A stretch of 63,891 bases of DNA, counting the filler, from Sandaracinaceae bacterium (lineage in GTDB: Bacteria > Myxococcota_A > Polyangia > Polyangiales > JADJQN01): assembly GCA_947483975.1 (NCBI GenBank). It is 4 parts of 4 records of this genome, joined end to end, with 100 filler letters (N's around TTAATTAATTAA, not from the genome) between each part and the next. Parts side by side here need not be neighbours in the genome. Positions count along the whole stretch, not along the records: positions 53,579 to 63,891 come from CANKOL010000174.1; 3 more parts are not named here. The stretch is one strand, 5' to 3'. Shown here in pieces: positions 57,228 to 63,891 of the stretch. The position numbers and the translations under genes were made by a program. Numbering within the stretch: the stretch's first letter is position 1; each line of letters starts with the position of its first letter. The notes beneath the pieces are model-generated. The model had not been told where the DNA came from. It searched no databases and was given only the letters and a program-made list of their open reading frames with translations.

Positions 57228-59708
57228 ATGCTCGCCGTCCCCCGCAGCGTCCGCGCGCTCGCGCTCGCCACGCTCCTCGCCGCGCTCACTTCTCCCGGGA
57301 CGCTCGCCGCGCAGCTGCGCCGCGACACAGGGCCGGGCGCGCCGCCTCCGTTCGCGCTCGCGGCGCCGGACGACGCGCTCGCCGTCGACTGGAACCCCGC
57401 CGCGCTGGCGTTCCTACGCACCTGGAGCGTCGCGTACGCAGGCGCCGCGGGCCCAGAGAACGCGGCGCTAGCGCGCGGTGGGCACTCGCTCTACGCCGCG
57501 ACGCCGGTGCTCTTCGGGGTGTCCGTCGGGGCGGGCGCTTGGTCGCGCGCTTTGCCGGGCGGCGGGACCCTCGGCGCGGGCAGCCTCGCGCTCGCCTGGG
57601 CGCCGGACGCGCACTGGGGCTTCGGGGCGGATCTGCGCTTTCTCGTGCAGCCTGGCGGCGGGCTCGGCTCGCTCGACGGGGCCGCGACCCTCGATCTCGC
57701 GGCTTCGTGGCGCCCCTCACCAACTCTCGCGGTTTCCTTCCTCGCGCGCGATCTCAGCGCGCCTTCCTACGCGCTCGCGTCGCTCGGGAGCGTGCCGCGC
57801 TCGTTCGTGCTCGCCGCGGCGCTGCGCCCCTTCGGCACGAGCGCGCTGACGCTCGACCTCGCCGCCGGCGTCGACACGGACGCGCGCCTCGGGCTCCGCG
57901 GCGCGGCGTCTTTGCGCGTGCCGGGCGTCGGTGAGCTGCTCGCGTCGGTCGAGGCGAGCGACCTCGACGGGCGCGAGCCGAGCGTCGTCGTCGGCGCGGG
58001 GCTGCGCGTGCAGTGGGATCAGCTCTCGGTCGCGGGCGGCGTGCTCGTCGGGCCGACGGTCGCGGGGGGGCCGGGCGCGTTCTGGTCGGCGCGCCTCGAG
58101 GGCGCCTCACGCGCGGGGCTGCCGCGCGAGCGCTACGTCCTCGACGTGCCGATGCGCGTCGACACCGAGCGGCAGCAGATCGCCCTGGTGCTCAGCCTCG
58201 ACCGCGCGCTCCACGATCCGCGCGTCGCCGGGGTGCTGCTGCGCGGCACGAGCAACCCCGTGCCGATGGCGTACGCGCAGGAGCTGCGCCTGCTGATCAC
58301 GTCCCTGCGCGCGGCGGGCAAGCACGTGGTCTGTCACCTCGAGTCGGGCACCGGCGGCGAGCTCTACGCGTGCGCGGGCGCGGACCGCACCGTCGTCGAT
58401 CCGGCGGGAGGCGTGCGCCTCGTCGGCCCCTCGAGCGATGTGCTCCTCCTCGGCGACGTGCTGCGCAGCGTCGGCGTGCGCGCGGACTTCGTGCGCATCG
58501 GGCCGTTCAAGAGCGCGGTCGAGCAGCTGCAAAACAGCGCCTCGAGCGGCCCCGCGCTGACCGAGCGCGGCGCGATGCTCGACTCGGTCTACGCGCGCTT
58601 CACGAACGACCTCGCGCGCGACCTCGCGGTCACGCCCGCGCGCGTCGCGGAGCTCGTGGACGCGGGGCCGTACCTCGCCGACGAGGCGGTCGCGGCGCAC
58701 CTCGTCGCCGCGACGGTCGATCCGCACGACCTCGACGACGTGCTCGCGGACGTGATGGGCGCGTCGTACGGGCGCCGCGCCGCGCTGCCGGACGAGGCGG
58801 AGCCGAGCTGGGGCGTGCCCGGCCGCGTGGGCGTCGTCGTCCTCGACGGGGACATCGTCGACGGCGACAACGTCGATGTGCCGTTCGTCGGCGTGCACCT
58901 CTCGGGCGGCAACACCGCCGTCGCAGCGATCGACGCGCTCGCCGCCGATCCGACCGTGCGCGCGATCGTGCTCCGCGTGGACTCGCCCGGGGGCTCCGCG
59001 GTGGCGAGCGACCGGGTGTGGCGCGCGGTCGTGCGCGCGCGGCTCCGCAAGCCGGTGCTGTGCTCGATGGGCGCGGTCGCGGCGAGCGGCGGCTACTTCG
59101 TCGCGTCCGCCGCCGACGAGATCTGGGCCGACCCGGCGACGATCACTGGGTCCATCGGCATCTTCTTCGGGAAGGTCGACTTCGCCCCGCTCGCCGCGCG
59201 ACTCGGCGTCGGCATCGAGTCCTCGGGGCGCGGGCGGCACTCCGGCGCGGAGTCGCTGTTTCGCCCGTTCACCCCGGAGGAGCGCGCGCTGCTCGCGCAG
59301 AAGATCCGCGTCATCTACCGGCAGTTCCTCTCGCGAGTGTCGGTCGGTCGGACCGCCGCCGGGCACCCGATGAGCGCGACGCGCGTCGACGCGCTCGGTC
59401 GCGGGCGGGTCTACAGCGGCGATGTCGCGCGGCGCGAGGGGCTCGTCGATCACCTCGGCGGGCTCACCTCGGCGCTCGCTCGCGCGCGCCTCCTCAGTGG
59501 TCTCGGCGACGACAGCGCCGTCGTCGTGCTCCCGCGCCGCCCCGCGACGCTCCTCGACTTCGTGCTCGGCGGCGGCAGCGGCGCCTCGGCAGCGGCGGAG
59601 GTGCTGCCCCCCGAGCTGCGCGCGGTGCTCGGTTCCGTCGTCGCGATGCAGGGCGTGCACACCGGCGGCGCGCTCGCGCGGATGCCGTTCGACGTGACGA
59701 TTCGCTGA
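57228..59708 (+). CDS. sppA: Signal peptide peptidase SppA (protease IV) with extra N-terminal beta-rich domain
   Basis: GPFKSAVE (Lys), LRVDSPGGS, SMGAVAASGGY (Ser), TITGSIGI, GRVYSG, LVDHLGG; start ATG 57228. Confidence 0.88.
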   Translation: MLAVPRSVRALALATLLAALTSPGTLAAQLRRDTGPGAPPPFALAAPDDALAVDWNPAALAFLRTWSVAYAGAAGPENAALARGGHSLYAATPVLFGVSVGAGAWSRALPGGGTLGAGSLALAWAPDAHWGFGADLRFLVQPGGGLGSLDGAATLDLAASWRPSPTLAVSFLARDLSAPSYALASLGSVPRSFVLAAALRPFGTSALTLDLAAGVDTDARLGLRGAASLRVPGVGELLASVEASDLDGREPSVVVGAGLRVQWDQLSVAGGVLVGPTVAGGPGAFWSARLEGASRAGLPRERYVLDVPMRVDTERQQIALVLSLDRALHDPRVAGVLLRGTSNPVPMAYAQELRLLITSLRAAGKHVVCHLESGTGGELYACAGADRTVVDPAGGVRLVGPSSDVLLLGDVLRSVGVRADFVRIGPFKSAVEQLQNSASSGPALTERGAMLDSVYARFTNDLARDLAVTPARVAELVDAGPYLADEAVAAHLVAATVDPHDLDDVLADVMGASYGRRAALPDEAEPSWGVPGRVGVVVLDGDIVDGDNVDVPFVGVHLSGGNTAVAAIDALAADPTVRAIVLRVDSPGGSAVASDRVWRAVVRARLRKPVLCSMGAVAASGGYFVASAADEIWADPATITGSIGIFFGKVDFAPLAARLGVGIESSGRGRHSGAESLFRPFTPEERALLAQKIRVIYRQFLSRVSVGRTAAGHPMSATRVDALGRGRVYSGDVARREGLVDHLGGLTSALARARLLSGLGDDSAVVVLPRRPATLLDFVLGGGSGASAAAEVLPPELRAVLGSVVAMQGVHTGGALARMPFDVTIR

Positions 59709-59860
59709 CTTCGTCGGCGTGAGTGCCTCCGGCGGGCGGCCGTGGGTCGCGGGGCCGCGCGCTGCCCGCTGCCCCCCAAACGGTGGCAGTTGGCGAGCGC
59801 ATCCAACGGTCAACCGTTGGGGATCTTGCTGCCCCGGAAGCGGCGATTATTGTCAGCTGC

Positions 59861-61216
59861 ATGACCATTGTCGTTGCGACGGGTCGCTCTCGAGGCACCC
59901 GACAGCTCGTCGCGCACTGGCTGTTGGGCGTGGGATCCGCCGCGATGTTGGCGGGCTGCGGCGAGGACCGTCCGCCCGCGGCGCCGCCGCTCGACCTGAG
60001 GGTCACGTTCGACGCGGGCGACGGCGGCGCGCTGCCTGTCGATGGCAACTTCGCCGACGCGCGCGTCGAGGACGCGGGTGCCGAGTCGGACCTCGGGACG
60101 GCGCTCGTGCGCTGTCGCGCGGCGGGCGAGGTCGCGCTGCTCGACACCTCGACTTGGGCGCACACGGAGGGCGTCGCGGTGACGGCGAGCGGCAGCGCGT
60201 TCGCCGTGGCGTTCCCGGCGTTCCGCGCGGATGGCACGAACATCGTCGTCCGCGCGCTCGCCCTCGACGGTGCGCTCGGCCCAGAATCGCTCGCCTCCGG
60301 CACCTACCTGGTGGCGCGCAACCCCGATCTCGCGGCGACCGCGAGCGGCGCGCTCACGCTCTTCGAGACCAACGACTCCGGCGGCTATCAGGTCGCGGTG
60401 CGCAGCCTCGTCGGGGGCGCTGCCGCGGGCGCGACGCCGACGACGTTGACCTCGAGCGTGGCAGACCTGCCGGTGAATCCGGTGCTCGCGCCGCTCGCTT
60501 CGGGGCTCGTCGGCGCGTGGCTGACCCACACCGACGATGGCCTCGGCGCCCGCGGGCCGGAGCGCGTGGTGTTGGCGCGCTTCGACCTCAGCGGCGCGCT
60601 CGTCGGGGCGCCGACCGAGGTTCCGACCGCCGCGCCGCCGCGCACGCTGACCCTCGCGCGCTCGCTCGATGGGGCCAGCGCGCTCGTCACGCTCGAGGCG
60701 AGCACGACGGACACCTCGGTCGTGCGCCTGCGGACCATCGACGCGGCGGGCGTCGTCGCGACGAGCGCGCTCGACGTCACCGAGGCGCGCGCGATCACGG
60801 CGGTGGCCGCGGCGCGGACGGCCGAGGGGACGCTCGTCGCGTGGGGCGAGACGGTCGGCGGAGCTCGCCAAGACGTGCGCCTGCGCCTCGTGTCTCCGGA
60901 GGGCTCCCTCGGCGACGAGCGCTTCGCGACGCTCGGCCCGGAGACGGGTTCGACGCCAGCGCTCGCCGTCGGCGCGACCGGCGTGCTGCTCGCCTATCGC
61001 GGGGGGCAGGGCGTCGTGCGCGGCGTGCGAGCGGTCGCCGTGGATTCGTCCGGCGCGCTCGCCGGCACCGTCGTGACGCTCCTCGCCACGAGCGATGACG
61101 ACGGGGACCTCGCCGTCGCCGCGAGCGGACTGTCGAGCCTCGCGGTGATCGCCTCCGACAGGGTCGGCGGGAGCGGGCGCGTCCAAGCAGCGGTGGCAGA
61201 TTGCGGGGCGCCTTGA
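59861..61216 (+). CDS. Lipoprotein, beta-propeller-like repeats, unknown function
   Basis: Lipobox LAGC; DAG acidic linker; repeated beta-blades (FAVAF, LVGAW, TLVAW, VLLAY). Confidence 0.65.
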   Translation: MTIVVATGRSRGTRQLVAHWLLGVGSAAMLAGCGEDRPPAAPPLDLRVTFDAGDGGALPVDGNFADARVEDAGAESDLGTALVRCRAAGEVALLDTSTWAHTEGVAVTASGSAFAVAFPAFRADGTNIVVRALALDGALGPESLASGTYLVARNPDLAATASGALTLFETNDSGGYQVAVRSLVGGAAAGATPTTLTSSVADLPVNPVLAPLASGLVGAWLTHTDDGLGARGPERVVLARFDLSGALVGAPTEVPTAAPPRTLTLARSLDGASALVTLEASTTDTSVVRLRTIDAAGVVATSALDVTEARAITAVAAARTAEGTLVAWGETVGGARQDVRLRLVSPEGSLGDERFATLGPETGSTPALAVGATGVLLAYRGGQGVVRGVRAVAVDSSGALAGTVVTLLATSDDDGDLAVAASGLSSLAVIASDRVGGSGRVQAAVADCGAP

Positions 61217-61326
61217 GGGCCCCCCGGTCGCACCCGCAGGGCCCCGCGCTCAGCGCTCTCGGTGCCGTCGCTCGAACGGTGGGGAATCGCGAACGGCCGA
61301 CGGTGGCCAATCGGGGGGAGGCTCGC

Positions 61327-63387
61327 ATGAAGGCGCTCTTGGTTGGATGCGTGTGCGCGTGCTCGATCACGGCGACTGCGTGTCAGTCGGCACCGGTGCA
61401 GGGCGCCGAGGACGACTCTCCTGTAGTCCTCGAGACCGGAGGCGTCCGCCTGTTCGGCGCGCCGGCCGCCGAGAGCGCCGCGTGCGCGGATGGCACGCTG
61501 CGCGACTGCTACAGCGACCCGGTAGAGGGGCCGACGCCGCAACTCTGGAAGTGCGGCCACGGCCTGAGCGCGTGTGTCTCCGGAGTGTGGGCGCGCTGTG
61601 CGATCGACGCCGAGTTCACGATTCCGGTGGTTCACGCGCTGCTCTCGAGCACGACCCCGTGCAGTCCGTGCAACCCCTCCTGCTACACGACGACGGACAC
61701 TCCGGGCGCCGCCGACCTCGTCCCGACCGCGTCGAACGGCGTGGTCTACGACACCCCTCGGGGCGGGATCTCGCTCCCAGCGAGCACCGCCTCCGCGACG
61801 CCGGCCGACGCGGACGGCGACGGCGTGCCGGACGCCGCCGACAGCTTCCCGGCCGACCCAGCGCGCGACGGCGTGCGCGAGCTCGGTGGGTTCTCGTACT
61901 CGTTGCCGTACGGCGGCGCGGGTATCACCGGCGGCCTGAGCATCTCGACGCAGGTGCGCACCGCTGATGTGTACTTCCTCATGGACACGACCGGCTCCAT
62001 GGACGGGGAGATCGCCAATCTCAAGAGCACGCTGACTGGCACCATCATCCCCGCGATCAACCTCGCCATCCCAGACGCCTGGTACGGTGTCGGCTACTTC
62101 GACGACTACCCCACCTCGCCCTCCACCGCCTACTCCTACGGAGACGCCACCGCAGGTGATGTGCCTTATCGGAACGTCCTGAACTCGACCTCGAGCGCCG
62201 CCGCGGCGAACGCGGCAGTCGCGGCGCTCGTGATGCGGGACGGCAATGACACGGCCGAGTCTCAGATACCCGCGCTCTACGCGGTCGCCACGGGTTCGTC
62301 GCTCTGGGGTGGAACCCCCGCAGCGCCCGCCTGTGCGGCCGGTTACCGCGGCTATCCGTGCTTTCGACCAGGCACCATTCCGATCATCGTCATGTTCACC
62401 GACGCCCCGTTTCACAACGATCCGGGGGCGCTCCTTCCCTATGCAGCGCTGGTCGGGGCGCCCAGTTATGCCGCGACGGTGGCCGCGTTGCGCGCGATCG
62501 GCGCGCGCGTGATCACCATCTACTCGGGCCCCGCGACTCGGTGCCTCAACCTATTCTGCACGGTCAGCATCCCCGGACTCGCGCACCCGAACGCCATCGG
62601 CGTCGCGACCGGTTCGGTAAACGCCCTCGGCAACGCCGTCACCTACACGATCCCCGCCAGCGGTGCGGGGTTGTCGACGGCCGTCGTCACGTCCATTCAG
62701 ACGCTCGCCAACTACTCTCGAATGGACATCACGCTCCGCGCGAACGACAACCCGACGACGGCCGTCGATGAGCGGGGCTTCATCGCGTCGATCGCGACCG
62801 TCGCGACCGCAGAGTCCAACACTCGCTGCGCTGCACGCCTCGGCACCTGGTTTCAGCAGTGCCTGCCGGGCACGCACGTCGTGTTCAACGTGACCTTCCA
62901 AAACGGCCTCGTGGCACCGACGTCCGTCGTGCAGGTCTTCGATTTCACGGTCGACACGCTCGGTGATGGGACCATCGTGCTCGGCACGACGCCGGTGCGC
63001 ATCGTCGTGCCGCCCATCGCCCCCGCCTATCCCGTGAGCGGCAGCTACTGGCGCGACTTCGACTCGACTCTCGCCTGCACGAGCACCGAGGTCGCGCGCT
63101 GGCGTGAACTGTCGTGGACCGCGACTTACCCCGTCGGCACCACGATCACGTGGACGGCGTCGGGTGCCACCACGACGGCGGATCTGACGACGGCTACCGG
63201 CGTTTCGTTCAGTGCGCCGGCGACGGCGAGTCCGCAGGACGTCGGGGACCGACTGATCGCAGGGGGCTTGCCGCCGACGCTGCCGTACTTGCGGATAAGG
63301 GCGACTCTGAACGCCTCCGCGGACCGCTCGCAGGCGCCGGTGCTCTCCGCCTTCAACCTGAGCTTCGACTGCGTCCCTGGGACGTAG
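61327..63387 (+). CDS. vWA-domain Cys-rich lipoprotein (adhesin-like)
   Basis: MKALLVG..ATAC; DADGDGVPDAADSFPADP Ca-binding repeat; ADVYFLMDTTGSM MIDAS-like motif, GNDTAES, FTDAPFHN. Confidence 0.8.
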   Translation: MKALLVGCVCACSITATACQSAPVQGAEDDSPVVLETGGVRLFGAPAAESAACADGTLRDCYSDPVEGPTPQLWKCGHGLSACVSGVWARCAIDAEFTIPVVHALLSSTTPCSPCNPSCYTTTDTPGAADLVPTASNGVVYDTPRGGISLPASTASATPADADGDGVPDAADSFPADPARDGVRELGGFSYSLPYGGAGITGGLSISTQVRTADVYFLMDTTGSMDGEIANLKSTLTGTIIPAINLAIPDAWYGVGYFDDYPTSPSTAYSYGDATAGDVPYRNVLNSTSSAAAANAAVAALVMRDGNDTAESQIPALYAVATGSSLWGGTPAAPACAAGYRGYPCFRPGTIPIIVMFTDAPFHNDPGALLPYAALVGAPSYAATVAALRAIGARVITIYSGPATRCLNLFCTVSIPGLAHPNAIGVATGSVNALGNAVTYTIPASGAGLSTAVVTSIQTLANYSRMDITLRANDNPTTAVDERGFIASIATVATAESNTRCAARLGTWFQQCLPGTHVVFNVTFQNGLVAPTSVVQVFDFTVDTLGDGTIVLGTTPVRIVVPPIAPAYPVSGSYWRDFDSTLACTSTEVARWRELSWTATYPVGTTITWTASGATTTADLTTATGVSFSAPATASPQDVGDRLIAGGLPPTLPYLRIRATLNASADRSQAPVLSAFNLSFDCVPGT

Positions 63388-63439
63388 TGCAGATGGCTCC
63401 CGACCGCGGGTCATCCGACGACTCCCCGTGAGTAGGGCG

Positions 63440-63891
63440 CTAGCGTAGCCAGAGCGCGAGATCGGCGACGTTCGTGCCCGTGGGGCCGGTCTCGAGCGCA
63501 CAGCGGTGCGCCGCGCAGAAGCGGGCGCTGTCGTTGGTCACGAGGGCCGCTCGCACGAAGCGCTCGCGCGTCGAGAGGGAGTGCTCGGCGCCGACGAGCG
63601 GATCGACGAGGGCGCCGGCGCTGCCGCTCGTGCCGTCCTCGCCGTCGGTCGCGAGGGCGAGGAGGAGCTCACCCCACGCGGCGACCTCGACCAGCGCTCC
63701 GAGCGCGAACTCTTGATTGCGCCCGCCGCGCCCGTTGCCGCGCACGGTGACGGTCGTCTCACCGGTCGCGACGACGCCGTCGAGCGCGTTCTCTCGCGCG
63801 AGGGCGCGCGCCTCCGCCGCGAAGCGCGGGCCGTCCTCGTGCGCCTCGCCCGCGAGCCGCCGCGGCAGCACCCCGATGCGCAGCCCACGCG
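63440..63891 (-). CDS. Glycerate kinase / MOFRL-domain protein, C-terminal part
   Basis: GETTVTV.G.G.GGRNQEFAL, ATDGEDG, AGA, TGPTGTNVADL; open to the window edge. Confidence 0.88.
   Translation of the reverse strand, partial: RGLRIGVLPRRLAGEAHEDGPRFAAEARALARENALDGVVATGETTVTVRGNGRGGRNQEFALGALVEVAAWGELLLALATDGEDGTSGSAGALVDPLVGAEHSLSTRERFVRAALVTNDSARFCAAHRCALETGPTGTNVADLALWLR

Noticed and set aside
1..63891. CRISPR arrays, transposases, integrases, prophage genes, rRNA/tRNA
   Set aside because: None recognised on reading both strands; short degenerate elements could be missed without computation.

Overview
High-GC (about 70% by eye) bacterial DNA. Gene content (many Ser/Thr kinases, Cys-rich lipoproteins, PEGA/TPR proteins, futalosine pathway, TamB/BamA) suggests Myxococcota, probably Polyangia; this is inference. 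The window is four contigs joined by artificial 100-nt linkers (N-run + TTAATTAATTAA + N-run) at 17974-18073, 36028-36127 and 53479-53578, so synteny across these joins means nothing. Contig 1: epmA-efp, patatin, cutA, a Cys-less class II GATase homologue, an aminopeptidase-like/Omp85 fusion, secreted proteins, 2-oxoacid:ferredoxin oxidoreductase alpha/beta and a PAS hybrid kinase. Contig 2: tamB-bamA, a J-domain/MshEN-like protein and a large unusual chemosensory operon (double-headed soluble MCP, triple CheW with a degenerate CZB-like insert, CheB, HEAT protein, CheR, two CheY, STAS, MCP-like protein, RsbT-like kinase, multi-Hpt CheA). Contig 3: FlhG/MinD-PilZ, kinase/receiver fusions, a stand-alone type ISP-like methyltransferase and a tightly coupled futalosine menaquinone operon with an MqnA-MqnC fusion and a mini MqnE paralogue lacking the radical-SAM core. 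Contig 4: kinase/TPR/Cys-rich cluster, SppA with an extra N-terminal domain, vWA lipoprotein, glycerate kinase. Best candidates for undescribed systems are the chimeric chemosensory/partner-switch operon with its J-MshEN neighbour, and the cluster-less MqnE paralogue. All domain calls come from motif recognition by eye; no searches were run. No rRNA, tRNA, CRISPR or mobile element was recognised.
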